A stretch of 64,000 nucleotides of DNA from Candidatus Latescibacterota bacterium (GCA_965204375.1 OZ241986.1:1760001-1824000); one strand, 5' to 3'. Positions 28,244 to 39,811 are shown, counted from the first letter of the stretch. Translations and numbers: made by a program. Notes: generated by a model not told the origin, from the sequence alone.

Positions 28244-29539
28244 CTAACCAACAATCACCGCGACCCGATGCATCGAATTGTTGAGGTACCCCTTAGGATT
28301 CCATACAATAGCGTGTGGTTGGCTTATCCCTTGCGAATCGGTCGCCCTTGCCCAGATCTCGTAATATCCCGCTTTGGGAAATGCGATCTTCGCCCGCCAG
28401 TTCTGCCATGCATACGCATTCACTGGCTCATCGAGCTTCGTATCAATCCATGTTGCGCCGAAGTCAATGGACAGACGAACAGAATCGACTTTCCGGTCTC
28501 CCGCCCAGGCGTGCCCGCGCACTTCCAGAGTCCTCCCAGCCATCTTGTGACCGGTAGCGGGATTGGTAATTAACGACTTAACCTTCATAGCGTGGATAAT
28601 CTCGAAGTCCTTCTCATCTACCTTTTCTCCGGGCGCTATCATCCGACTGGGTACCCGATAATCCATTCCCGTCATCTTCGGACCATCGTGAACCCGATCT
28701 CGCAACCAGATGCGGGTCAGCCATTTCTGTGAGCATGACCCCGACCAACCGGGAATAATCAGGCGCAACGGCGCACCGTTCATGGGATGGATCGCTTTGC
28801 CATTCTGGCCGAAAGCAATGAGATTGTGCTCGTCCATCGCCTTCTCAATCGGCACCCCTCGCGAAATGGGAAGCCGTCCTTCCTCACCAGAAACGTGAGT
28901 ATCAGCCCCCACATGCGCGGTATAAACCACATTGTCTTTCACCCCAGCAGACTTGAGAACATCGGATAGGCGAACGCCGGTCCACTCCGAGCACGCCACA
29001 GCACCATAGGTCCATTGGCTACCATCCGCAGGAGGCTCAAAGAAAGCACGTCCATTGCCGCCACATTCCAGTGTCAGTGCTCTGGTAACGACTTCAAATC
29101 GCTGTCTGAGATCGTCAATACTGAGCGTCATGGAATTATCCACCAGACCATCAATCGTCAACTTCCAATCCACCGCATCCGTATTCTCCGGCGGAATGCC
29201 ATTGTTGCGGATAAAGTGTCTCTCTGTCGGAGTAATCGCATCATCGAGCAAATGCGGCGGCGTTTCCGCATTCAATGGCCGATCATTGAGCACGGTCAAG
29301 CCATCCTTGCCCTGAATCATATCCTCTGCAGCGAGGGCGACAGGAATAAAATGAGCCGGGATATTTCGATGAAACGGAATCGCTGCCCCGACCATTGCCC
29401 CCATCATCGCCAACCCTGCCTTCTTCAAAAATCCCCGCCTGTCGGGATGCGTCTCGCGGCCCAACAATAAGTAGTCGGCCTCATCGGAATTTTTCTGATA
29501 GAGTTCGAATAGACCTTGTTCTGTCATGTTTTTGTTCAT
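28244..29539 (-). CDS. Sulfite oxidase-family molybdoenzyme (SoxC/SorA-like), Tat-exported
   Basis: Tat motif DRRGFLK; NAETP, HFIRNN, LECGGNGR (Mo-ligating Cys), GAPLRLIIPG, WNPKGY. Confidence 0.9.
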   Translation of the reverse strand: MNKNMTEQGLFELYQKNSDEADYLLLGRETHPDRRGFLKKAGLAMMGAMVGAAIPFHRNIPAHFIPVALAAEDMIQGKDGLTVLNDRPLNAETPPHLLDDAITPTERHFIRNNGIPPENTDAVDWKLTIDGLVDNSMTLSIDDLRQRFEVVTRALTLECGGNGRAFFEPPADGSQWTYGAVACSEWTGVRLSDVLKSAGVKDNVVYTAHVGADTHVSGEEGRLPISRGVPIEKAMDEHNLIAFGQNGKAIHPMNGAPLRLIIPGWSGSCSQKWLTRIWLRDRVHDGPKMTGMDYRVPSRMIAPGEKVDEKDFEIIHAMKVKSLITNPATGHKMAGRTLEVRGHAWAGDRKVDSVRLSIDFGATWIDTKLDEPVNAYAWQNWRAKIAFPKAGYYEIWARATDSQGISQPHAIVWNPKGYLNNSMHRVAVIVG

Positions 29540-29544
29540 CGTTG

Positions 29545-29769
29545 CTACCTCTTTTCCGCTGTCAGCATCAGCCGCTCGCCCTTGGGTTCCGGTATGGGAT
29601 CGCCAAACTCTTTTGCAGTATCAATCCAGAGAGCTATCGCTTGATTGACGTTCTTGAGAGTAGCTTCTTGTGTGTCGCCATGAGCCATACATCCGGGCAG
29701 TTCAGGCACTTCAGCCACAAAAGCATCGTCCTCATTACTCCAATAGAGAATGATCTCATATTTGTACAT
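29545..29769 (-). CDS. hicB: HicB-family antitoxin (no HicA adjacent)
   Basis: AEVPELPGCMAHGDT...GDPIPEP. Confidence 0.85.
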   Translation of the reverse strand: MYKYEIILYWSNEDDAFVAEVPELPGCMAHGDTQEATLKNVNQAIALWIDTAKEFGDPIPEPKGERLMLTAEKR

Positions 29770-29834
29770 AATTCATTCTTCTCCAGTATCCACTATCATT
29801 CGCATCAACTCAGTTTAATATTCACTGCCGCGGT

Positions 29835-30455
29835 TCAATCTTTACGCCCCAGAGACTCTAAGCGCGTCAGCCAGTCGCTAAACCGAGGGCATTCAGCGCG
29901 AATAGCGTCCAAACCTATCTCCATCGCTATAAGGGGACCATCAACGACCTTCTCATACTGACGTATAATCTTCAAAATCCGTTTGCTCGGGGCTGTTTCA
30001 CTGTTGTCATTAATATCCTCGGGAGTCGAAAACTTTACGCGGATACTCCGCAATTTCTCAATAGACTCTTCCGATGCATCAATCGCATTTGCAAAGGCAT
30101 CCACATTTGAGAATAACAGCCCCTCAAACTCATATTGTTGGACATAGGAAATAACACGCGATTGATCCCAAGGACGATTTATCTTGCTGTCAACCCTTTC
30201 GAATATGCGCTGTTCTAACTGTTCAGGAGTTGCAGTATTTTTGTCACGAAACCCGTAAAAATCAACCAACGAAGTTACGCGTTTGAAGCTCCAAATCAGC
30301 CTTGCTATATCCGAGGCCAACCGCTCTACCGTTACGTTGCCATTGAGTAATATAGGCTGTGGTTCCACGCCTTTTGACCGCAGATGGTCTGCAAGCACAT
30401 TTTTTACGAACTCCTCTTCGGTTGGCCCCTCCACTGATATGGCGAGTCGTATCAC
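29835..30455 (-). CDS. DUF4276-family protein (TOPRIM-like)
   Basis: ISVEGPTEE, SLVDFYG, YEFEGLLF, PEDIN...APSKR, CPRF..W; GTG start overlaps the ATPase stop. Confidence 0.85.
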   Translation of the reverse strand: MIRLAISVEGPTEEEFVKNVLADHLRSKGVEPQPILLNGNVTVERLASDIARLIWSFKRVTSLVDFYGFRDKNTATPEQLEQRIFERVDSKINRPWDQSRVISYVQQYEFEGLLFSNVDAFANAIDASEESIEKLRSIRVKFSTPEDINDNSETAPSKRILKIIRQYEKVVDGPLIAMEIGLDAIRAECPRFSDWLTRLESLGRKD

Positions 30456-31600
30456 GGGCGTCCTCCGAGCAGGTTCTTCTGCCAAAGCTCACCCGAGGTG
30501 AAGTTTTCGTCGAGCCATACGCGATAGTCCTCCGGTGCCAATTTGCGAAACTTAGTGCGTCTATCCTCCATATCCAACACAAAGATATCGTCGAGATCAA
30601 ACGCATCAACAAGCAAAGGAGATTGCGTTGCTACAATGACCTGTCTTTCCCTGGCAAGGGCCTTTATCATACCTCCAATCAAGGCGATGGCTGCCGGATG
30701 CAGGCCCAGTTCTGGCTCATCTAACAGAAGAACATCGGGTAACATCTCTGGAGGAAGATTGAGGAGTGTCACCAAGGCAAAGAACCGCAGTGAGCCATCG
30801 GATGTGAGATGTGCGCCAAAGGTTTTATCCATTCCTCTGGCCTTCCATCTCAGCAATACTTTTCCATAGCTCTCCTCAATCATAAAACGATCAAAGTCCG
30901 GCAAGATCCGACCGATGTGTTGACAGATTCGTTCAAATCGCTTGATGTCTTCTCGCTCCAATCGGTACAATATAGCTGCGAGGTTACCCCCGTGACTGAG
31001 AAGCTGATTGTTGTCCTCCACATCCCATTTCGTTTTGAAGTTCGAGCCATCGGAAGTATCGTGAAACTGATATACCGAACACCTCCGCAACAGGCTGACG
31101 ATGAACTGGGTGGTAAAGCGATGGTTCGCCAAAGGCGCGTGGGGGGGTATCTCCTCCACTATCTTTGCTTCTGTGTGATCGCTTCCGAGATATTGCCAGT
31201 CTTCGTTCTTGGGGCCGCGAAATGCCTCTTCCGTGAATATAAGACGGTCAGGCTGAGCATAAGCAAGTGAAATCCGATAATCGTACCGAACTGATGAGGT
31301 TTGCATAGTTACCGACTCGATAGCTGTGGTTTGCATAGTTACCGTGGCACTCATTTTCGGACTACGCCTTCTGCCGCCAAATAATTGATCATCGGCCCCT
31401 CCTTGCATCGCGACAAATTCACCGAGTCTGCGAGGCCCGAGCATCCAGCTCAACATTTCAAAAAAGCGAATAAAATTGGATTTGCCCGACCCATTGGCAC
31501 CAATTAAGACCGCCGCTTTGGGAATCTCCGAAAGCTCGACATCAGCTAATGACCGGAACCCCTGAATACGGACCTGATCTATGAAGGTTGTTTTATTCAT
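30452..31600 (-). CDS. AAA_21/ABC-type ATPase
   Basis: IQGFRS, Walker A GANGSGKS, signature SDGS, Walker B LLLDEPELGLHP, ATQSP. Confidence 0.9.
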   Translation of the reverse strand: MNKTTFIDQVRIQGFRSLADVELSEIPKAAVLIGANGSGKSNFIRFFEMLSWMLGPRRLGEFVAMQGGADDQLFGGRRRSPKMSATVTMQTTAIESVTMQTSSVRYDYRISLAYAQPDRLIFTEEAFRGPKNEDWQYLGSDHTEAKIVEEIPPHAPLANHRFTTQFIVSLLRRCSVYQFHDTSDGSNFKTKWDVEDNNQLLSHGGNLAAILYRLEREDIKRFERICQHIGRILPDFDRFMIEESYGKVLLRWKARGMDKTFGAHLTSDGSLRFFALVTLLNLPPEMLPDVLLLDEPELGLHPAAIALIGGMIKALARERQVIVATQSPLLVDAFDLDDIFVLDMEDRRTKFRKLAPEDYRVWLDENFTSGELWQKNLLGGRP

Positions 31601-31666
31601 CGCATATTCTCCCTATGCGGTAGCCTGCATATCGGTCAATGAGAAATCCCATTGCTCATCACTTTA

Positions 31667-31963
31667 TCAAATCGTCGGCTGTAGTTCATAGCGCTTGACC
31701 TTAATCTGGTCTTCTCTCTTACGCGCTTGCACTAAATTATAAGCGGTCTGGCGGCGCAACCAAAATTCGGCATTAGACCATCCGGCCTTCTCCAACCGAA
31801 TAGCCATCTCTGGAGAAATAGCCGCATGACCATTCAATACGCGTGAAAGCGTGTGACGGGCTACGCCCAACACCTTCGCAGCCTCAGTAACATTTAGACC
31901 CAGAGGTTCCAGACAGTTCTCTTTGATGCTGAAGCCGGGATGTGGTGGATTCTTCATAGCCAT
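31667..31963 (-). CDS. higA: HigA-family antitoxin (no HigB adjacent)
   Basis: [47 protein letters not shown]; AAGGA RBS. Confidence 0.88.
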   Translation of the reverse strand: MAMKNPPHPGFSIKENCLEPLGLNVTEAAKVLGVARHTLSRVLNGHAAISPEMAIRLEKAGWSNAEFWLRRQTAYNLVQARKREDQIKVKRYELQPTI

Positions 31964-32069
31964 GGTGTAGTCCTTCACTTCATCACCCCGAACAGTGCGA
32001 AGGAAAAATTTGGTGCTGGATCGACAAGGTCGCTTCTGTCCTTTAGATAACGGCGTTTTTGCTCCTCGG

Positions 32070-32517
32070 TTGGACGGAACATCGCCATTGACCACACGCA
32101 CCTGTTTCTCTTTCTTCGCCTGGGTCGCGGGGTGATCCAACTCGAATATCCGCACGCTATCTGCGAGTTCCTTGTGGCGCGTGGAAAACGTATCGAGACC
32201 GGCGCCGAGGATCACATACTGTCCGACGCCTTCCGATATCGCCTCCATGAGACGGTCTTCGGCATATCTGGCCCGCAGGAGCACCTCGGTGTGTACGGGA
32301 CGGAACAAATGGAACACCTTGTGAACAACGAACCAGCCAAGCAGCCTGTTCTTAGCGATCACACGCCAGATAAACGGCACCATGTCAACCGCATAATCGT
32401 CGGCAAAAACCGGGATTTACTCTGCTGTTGATGATACGCGCGTATGCTTGCTGCGAGTGCCGCCGTCTTGCTCGTCCTGTGCTTATGTGCAGATATTCCA
32501 GATTGGAGTGAAGACAT
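32070..32517 (-). pseudogene. Frameshifted, truncated LCM-type class I SAM methyltransferase
   Basis: TAALAASIRA N-terminus from ATG 32517, frameshift near 32420, then VFADDYA...[11 protein letters not shown]...FELDHPATQ; C-terminal half missing. The 3' boundary is approximate. Confidence 0.7.
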
Positions 32518-32552
32518 GAAAATGGACTCCTTTTTTCGCCATCAGCCCTAAC

Positions 32553-32813
32553 TCACCGGCGGCGGTACACTTCCCTCCGATGCCCAACTCGCACCACGAG
32601 GACGATGAGCGCGCTATGGATCACCTCATATACAATGCGATAATTACCAACGCGCACACGTCGCAGGCCTTGGTACTCTCCTTTCAGAATGCGCCCTGTG
32701 AGCGGATGCTCGCCTAAACGATCAATTGCACGCACGATGCGAATCCTATCGCAGTGCGGAATACGAGCCAATTCTTTGGTCGCACTCTGTTTAATCCGAA
32801 CCGAGTAACTCAT
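32553..32813 (-). CDS. relE: RelE/ParE-family toxin
   Basis: SATKEL...LKGEYQGLRRVRVGNYRIVY...RVGHRREVYR. Confidence 0.9.
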   Translation of the reverse strand: MSYSVRIKQSATKELARIPHCDRIRIVRAIDRLGEHPLTGRILKGEYQGLRRVRVGNYRIVYEVIHSALIVLVVRVGHRREVYRRR

Positions 32814-33012
32814 CCCTGACCTGTTTCCACTCCAGTATCGGATCGGCAGGATCGCGTAGCCTTTCCATGGCTACAGTGAGGTCTTCAAAGTCCTCTAAAT
32901 ATCGTTCCAAAGCGTGGCGGATGATATCGGCGCGACTCTGCTTGAGTTCTGTGGCTGCTGCATCCAGTGCATCAACGAGCGCGTCGGGTACTCGTGCAGT
33001 AATTTGGCTCAT
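32791..33012 (-). CDS. Ribbon-helix-helix antitoxin (RelB-like)
   Basis: QITARVP...SRADIIRHALERYLEDFEDL; overlaps the toxin start. Confidence 0.85.
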   Translation of the reverse strand: MSQITARVPDALVDALDAAATELKQSRADIIRHALERYLEDFEDLTVAMERLRDPADPILEWKQVRDELLGSD

Positions 33013-36000
33013 ATATGCCCCTTTGAAATAATTGTATAAGATCGAAACGTTCCACAACCTTAGACGACACTACAATCGCATCTACCGCGACGCACACGCC
33101 GTACAACTTTTCGTAAATACGTGCCCTGATATCCGCCTCTCCGCCTCTTTGACGATAAGCAGATCGCCGTCACTGTTTCACGTCATTGTACCTCGCACGG
33201 CGGATCCGATTTTGGTCAAGTCTCTGTTTCTCTAGGACGTTTCCCACCTTATCAAACCAACATTGCCCATTTGTTCTGAGTGACTTACAATATATCCAAA
33301 AACTCCTTAACTACATTAATAGGCGATTGCCATGAGCGTGTATAGCACCTCCTCCAATGGTGCGTCGTGCGATATGTCCTGTTCCTTGACTTTCTCGTAC
33401 TCGCTATCTGCATGTGTCACCGTCTTTATTATCGTCCATCCGTCGCTCGCTTCCAAGCTGTCCATGATCCACTGTGCCCATTCCTTAGGCATCCCGGCAT
33501 TCGGCTGCCAGATTACTTGATGCGGTATGGTCTCATTCAGGATCCATTGCACCGCTGCCACCGGTGTTTCTTTTCCCGTCATTCCAATCGGATCGTCCAT
33601 TACTTCTTGCACCAGAGCTTCGATTTTCTGCTGAAGAAATGTCAGATACTGATCTCTACTTTTGATCGTTATTTCTTCAGGCACCAATACCATTAGACAC
33701 TCATTTTCTCCCAGATCTCCTTTCGGTTGCCACCATACCTTTCCCCGCGTATCGAACTTCATACTGTCAGGTACTTCTTGGCGATTCTCTGCCTGCGTCG
33801 GTGGTATAGGAGAAAATTTAATCTCGCGCTCGCGATATGCCGGAGGGAAATCATTTAGGGAATCTTGCAAACTCTTCAGTTCCTTTTTTATTTTTTTGTC
33901 AATTTTGTCGGTGTCAGAGATAGGACTTTCGCCGAATTCGGCCTCCTCTCGCTGCACAAATTTAAGCTCTCCTTGTTCGCCAGCAGATTTCTTCTTTCTC
34001 TCCGCGCCTTCTGGGATATTAGTTGATAGCAAAGCCCCACCACGGTCCTGATTGTTGCCCTTTGCTTTGCTGCCATCTGTTTCACCGTCATCGTTCTCAC
34101 TCTCTCCAAGCTCAGCCCTTTGACGGTCCGCCGTTGCAGTGGGGAAAATTCCCCTTTCTTCTAACATGGGCCACAGCTTCTCCAGCGCGACCTCCCTATT
34201 TGCATAAAAGGCCGATTCTCGAACTCGAAAGAACTCCCAACCGCAACGCTCCAGTTGCCGCTGCCTCTCCATGTCCTTATCGTACTGATCTGGACCGTGC
34301 CATGTATCACCATCGCATTCGACCGCCAATCGCGCTTGACCGCCTTCAATGACAAGGTCAATTCTCCTGTCAGCAAACTCAACTTGAGGTTGAACGTTAT
34401 ACCCTTTTCGTACGAGTTCCAGCGCAACATCAACCTCGAACCAGCTATCGAAGGGATCGGGTGGGTTAATGACCTCTCGATTGTCCTGTGCGGCCCGACG
34501 TTCAAGTTCCTCTGCGGTTTGATCTATGCCAGCAATCTTTTGCGGTTTCGGATTCTCAAAGAACTCGAGCAATTTTCGACGTAGATCGGATTCGCTCAGG
34601 TCCTTGACGGTTACAGAATGAAAAAGAAACATCTGATCCCGGGCACGGCTTGCCGCGACGTTGAACCGCCGCTCATCTGCCGATCTCGTGAGCGATCCAA
34701 TCCTACCATCAGGTGCCGTGACCATAGACAGGAACATGACGTCACGCTCATCGCCCTGGAAACTATATGAGTTTCCGCAAATGAGACGCCGCCGCGCCAT
34801 CTCTTCTGCGCCCAGTCGTTCAAGTAATTTTCCCTCAATCAACCCTGCCTGTGCTTCACCCTGGAGAACAACAACGCCCATAGTTTTTCCGAAATATCGC
34901 TTGTCATCACATAACTCCAATATCTTCTCGACAATAGCATTCGCCTCCGGTCTATTCACTATCCTATTCCCAGAACCTTCGCGATATCCGTCTTCGATGA
35001 AAACATGCTCCAGCGGAGGCAAACGATCAGGCCCGTATTGCCTTAGCGGAATTAGCGTACCGAAATAACAGAGATCGTTGCTAAAACGGATAATCTCTGG
35101 CATGCAGCGAAAGTGCTCGCGCAAAGTGATATGTCCTTCATCATATAACCGCTTTCCATAGTCGAACAAGCTGCTCTGAACTGCAAAAGAGTCCTTAAAT
35201 TCAAAATCATATAATAAGTCGTTCATAAGGCGATGTACAGCATCAAGAGGCAAGCCAACAGCCTCGGGACTGATCTGCTTGTCGTCTCCTACAACGAGTA
35301 CTTTTTTTCCCAGATAAAAGAGCGGCAACGCCTCTGGTCCGCATTGCGATGCTTCGTCAATAATAACGACATCGAATATACCGGGAGCAGGATCTACCGT
35401 ATCCCAGACGCGATGTAGCGGCATGACCCATGCAGGGACTGCCTCACGGCATTCGTTCAGGTGCTGCTGTGCATCTCGTCGGTGCTTTGGAGCGTGCCTC
35501 CCGGTTCCTTTCCCAAGACGACCCATTGCTTGCTGCCAAGCGACCATGTGGCTGCGATGGCTACTTTCGATCCGAGATAAGCAAAACGACCAGGCATGGA
35601 GTTCTGCAAGTTGTGCAATGGCTTTGTTAATTTCATCCTCAATCTGGCGCGAACGTGCAGCAAGACTTGGGGCATCCTCCTTCTTTATATATTCATCGAT
35701 CCAGAACCTTGCTTGCGCCCAATGCCAAGCATCTCTTATCTGTTGAACGCGCTCGTCCCAACAAGACTCATTGTAGCTTTGCTCCAATCCCGCGATGAGA
35801 TTCGGCACGAATTGGCGTAGATTCTCAATATCTGCATCCAACTTTTGCATCCTCAGACATTCATCCTTCAGGCTTTGTATCTCGTTCTTGACCTGTTTGT
35901 ACACTTCGATATCTCGATTGCGAATCGCCTGAAGCAAGTCGCTTACGACGAAATGGGCATCCGTCCTCCCGGCAAGAGACCCTATTGGTTCTTCAATCTT

Positions 36001-36866
36001 CAAAATCTCCCTTTCAGCCAATTGCTTGAGCGTGCCCCTGCAAGAGGCAATCAATTGATCAATCTGAGCGTCGTCATTCCAATCAGGTGTTTGGAGAGCG
36101 GGGCACTGTCCCAGAGACTCGTTGCAATCATCGCGTCGTTTTCCAAGTGACAGAGCACGCTCAAGAGCACTGCACATATCCTTGAGAGCCTGAAATTGTA
36201 GGGTATCAGGTCCCTGGATTTGTTCCTCATATCCCTTCCAGACCGCCCAGGCTTTTTTAAGCTCACTACGCACGGGAAAAGAGCATATCAATTTACTCAA
36301 AAAATTGATTTTCGTTTCACGAACTATGGAAAGGCGTGGCTCTATGGCGTCTATTGCCGCTTGCGTCACACGATGACGTTCACGCCACAGCGATTCATTG
36401 CCGCTTGCGACATCGCGCAAGGCGTTGTCTATCCACGAATATGTCGATGTTGATAGCTGACGACGCAAATCGCTAAAAGCGGTAAGAGAATCTTGTATCG
36501 TCCTTATGGTATTAGCAGCAATACGCGACAGAGCATCTACATCTTGTTCGTCGCCTTCATTGGACGATAGTTCGTATTCGCGGTGCGCCCGTCGCTCTGA
36601 ATCGACAAGCTCGGCAAACTGCTCAGCAGACAAGAGTTCGTCAGGCCGTAAACGGCTCAATTCTTGCCGTTTCTCCGGACTGAAATGACGCAACCGGCTC
36701 AGCATATCTCGCAATTCATCTGCTGTAATCGGACAAGTCTTGTATACAGGAACAGTGTCGGTGAACCAGTCATAGTTGCTACGATTCCGATTGACTGACT
36801 TAGCTATTTGTGCTGCAGTACTGTAATGGTTCAAAGTAAAGTGGAATTTTGCGTGTTATAGTTAAG

Positions 36867-37860
36867 CTACAAATAGGCAACGGGTTTGACGGCTCTGAGT
36901 TGGGCACGCAGGCATTTTGCCTGCGCCAACTTGCGTTTTCGTTCTTTAACAATAATCGGTGCTCGACCACACAATTTATCAACAGGTGCGATATACCCAA
37001 TCCCGGCGTGGTATCTCCTGTGGTTGTAATGCGCGACAAATCTGGCAACGACCTCTCGCGCCTCCTCCAAATTCGTCGGTGTTTTGGGACGAATGCACTC
37101 GCGCTTGAGCGACTGGTGCCACCGCTCGATCTTGCCATTGGATTGCGGATAAAACGGCGAGGTTCGCACATGGGTCATCCCGCAGTGTCTAATAAAGGAC
37201 TTGAAGGCGTGCGCGATAAACTGCGGGCCGTTATCCGAGATGATACGCGGTGTAGCCTTCGGGAACTTTTCTCTACCTCTTTGAATAATGATCTCGACAT
37301 CTGCTTCTCGCATCGCTTCTCGGATCTCAAAATGGACGAGGTATCGACTATAGCCATCTAAAAGGGCACATAAGTAGTAGAAGGTCCCGCAGATATTCAG
37401 ATAGGATACATCCACATGCCAATGCTGGTGTGCGCCTGTTGGCTGGTCAAATCCTGTCCCCTTCTTTGAGACCTCTTTTAAAGTTCGACCAAGCAAATCG
37501 GCCCTTTTGAGCACGCGATACACGCTGCTGGGCGAAACGGCGACCACATCTTCATCTATCATCTGATACGAAAGACGACGATACCCCAAGTCGGGATGCG
37601 ATAAGGCATAAGTGATAATGGCTTGCTTCTCCCAGTCTAAGAGCCAGGATGTCTTGGGCAGTGATGCATAAGAGACATTGGGCACACCATACCGGGCTTT
37701 CCAGTCATAGTATGTGCTTTTGGATAACTCTAATAAGGATAAAAACTGACCGATGCAGATACCAGTTTGCTTGTGCCAATGGACGACAAAATCAATCACC
37801 GCATCGCGAATGGCACGCGATACCTTGCGCGGACTCAGGTCTCCCCAAGACTTTTTTTTA
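36867..37860 (-). CDS. IS3 transposase OrfB (DDE), expressed by -1 frameshift
   Basis: GYRR, WHVDVSY, DGYSR, SDNGPQF, PQSNGKIER, HYNHRR; the start coordinate marks the frameshift window. Confidence 0.9.
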
Positions 37861-38143
37861 GAAAAATGTGCTCTTCCATCAGTTCTGACAACACTTCGTT
37901 CTTTGTGGTCAATTTGGCCTGTAGGACCGCAATCTTTTTGGCTTGCTGTTTCTCGTGCACACTCTGCTTTGGCGCAAAGGCTGAGGCACCTTGCTCGAAA
38001 AACACCTTCTGCCACTTGTAGAACATCGTCGGGTGAATCCCATGGGCATCGCACAAATCTGACACGGGTACGCCATCTAACAGATGACGACGCAAAATCG
38101 ACACCTTCTCCTCAGGGGTATATTGCTTACGCTTCTTCGACAT
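37835..38143 (-). CDS. IS3 transposase OrfA (HTH)
   Basis: RKQYTPEEK...VSDLCDAHGIHPTMFYKW; ends over the slippery AAAAAAAAG run (37851-37859). Confidence 0.9.
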   Translation of the reverse strand: MSKKRKQYTPEEKVSILRRHLLDGVPVSDLCDAHGIHPTMFYKWQKVFFEQGASAFAPKQSVHEKQQAKKIAVLQAKLTTKNEVLSELMEEHIFLKKSLGET

Positions 38144-39811
38144 GGACTCCTCCTTTGTCTGAGCCCAATTTATAGCTTATCAAAGATCCGCAAAAGTCCA
38201 GTTTTATCTGAAGCATAACAGTACCTCGATATGTCCCTTCTGCAACGGATTGAGAATGCGTTTCGGATTCTCTGATGTCGCGTAGGCGTCTATCTACTTT
38301 GGCTTTCTCTTTTCGCAGCTCTTGTAGCTTGTTTGCGAGCGTCTTAATCTCGCTTTCTGCCTGGTCTTCGTTCCAATCTTCGTTCTTGCGAAGAATTTCG
38401 CCGACGCTCGATTCGAGAGATTTTCCTTCTTCCGGTCCCGAACCAAGCAGATTGATGTATAGCGGATGTAATTCTTCCGGCACCTGTCTATCAAGAACCT
38501 GGAGCGCACGCGGTGTCTTGGCGGTGATAAGCGTTCTCTGCCCTGTCGCGAGTAAGTGGCAGATGAGATTCGCAATCGTGTGGGATTTCCCTGTGCCCGG
38601 AGGCCCTTGTACAAGAACACCACTGGCAGTCCGTATCTTATCTACGATGCGGCGTTGTTCTTCATTCCAGAGTTTTGGAAAAAACAGTTCACCATCGAAT
38701 TTGCTATTCGTTTCGCCGGGGTCAGGCTCTGAAGTATCATCACTGTTCATCTGAATCTCGGCAAGGGCCTTGAATTGAGAGGGTATATCCTCCCCGTCCT
38801 CTATTTTTGCCTTAATCCGCTTCAAAGTCTCGGTAAGACCGCTTGCGGATCGCTTTCTCAGAATAAGGGCCGGTGCATATTCAACGACTGGTTTGGCCGA
38901 TGGCGGATTATTTGTCGCTTGTAGCGTGCTGTCGTATTCGCCTTGAGAACTGATTGAGTGAACGAGAGCCTGGAGGATACCTTCGACGCAGTCTTTGTTC
39001 CATGGATCATCGTCCCCGGCCTCAGATAGCGAAGCCTTTGCGGTTTCTTCTGCGCGTTCGGGTTGTTCCTCAATGTCCAACATGTCGAGTTCAGGACGAA
39101 CATTTGCGCCATCTTGCAGGGGCCGCACAGTGAACTTGCCCAATTTCGCTTCAAATTCAAGGATAGCATTTGCGACAATCAGGTGACGACGGACTCGCTG
39201 GCCGTTCGGCGTTTGCCAGATCAGCAGACCAATCGCAAGGACAAGTTCGTATTCTTCACTAAGCCGCAGTTGCTCCTGATGGATAGCAAAGAGCGTTGTA
39301 TAAACGCGATTTATGCTTTTCCAGTCGTTATGTACTTCCATCCAGGGGAGCCAATATTCTTCGACGTATTTATCCCAAGCCTCCTGAATATCAAAATGAT
39401 CTTCAAGAAGTTCAGTATGAGGAATAAATTCAGGTTGATCTGTCCCCTCTTGCCAATCAGGATTTTCTACTTGCCTCGTTATTTCAGTCAGAAGATCGGG
39501 AATATCGTTTTTGTTTCGAAGGGACTCATCTTCAACCCAGTCTTCGCAGACAGGAGGAACGCCAGGCAAAGGTGGTTCCTTCTGATTCTGGATTTCTATC
39601 CACACATCCGAATCGAAATCTTCTTCACGTCCCCATGCCTGTGTGAAACACCCTTTAAGCTTTGGAATATCCTTTAACCAAAGCACATTTTGATACTCGT
39701 CAACGTCCCTTGTGGTCCTGGTATGTAGCGATGCAATCTGGGTCAGATACTCGACAAGGCGACTAACTTTGTCTTTCTGTCCATCTTTCAAGGGAATCCT
39801 CCCGGAATACA

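Larger units (their letters stand above)
36822..38220 (-). mobile_element. IS3-family insertion sequence, 1399 bp, 4-bp TSD GTAC
   Basis: TG...CA ends; IRs tgtaatggttcaaagtaaagtggaattttgcg vs tgttatgcttcagataaaactggacttttgcg; GTAC at 36818-36821 and 38221-38224. Confidence 0.95.
33316..39791 (-). pseudogene. SF1 (Upf1/DNA2-like) helicase fused to Vsr/MTES_1575-like nuclease, ~1690 aa, interrupted by IS3
   Basis: 5' part has NEEQ and VQGPPGTGKS; 3' part has IIDEASQ, VGDDKQ, LREHFR, SFQGDERD, RFNVAASRAR and FDSWFE...RIDLV...AVECDG; removing the IS restores ...GTYRGT-AAQIAK in frame; TTG start at 39791 with GGAGG RBS. Confidence 0.88.

Noticed and set aside
31667-32383. 238-aa methyltransferase-HigA fusion from the ORF track
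   Set aside because: The MTase part is frameshifted and truncated, and HigA has its own RBS and ATG at 31963; the fusion is accidental read-through.
36867-38054. 395-aa ORF as a stand-alone transposase start
   Set aside because: Its N-terminal ~65 aa overlap OrfA out of frame; IS3 OrfB is reached by -1 frameshift at the A-run near 37851-37859.
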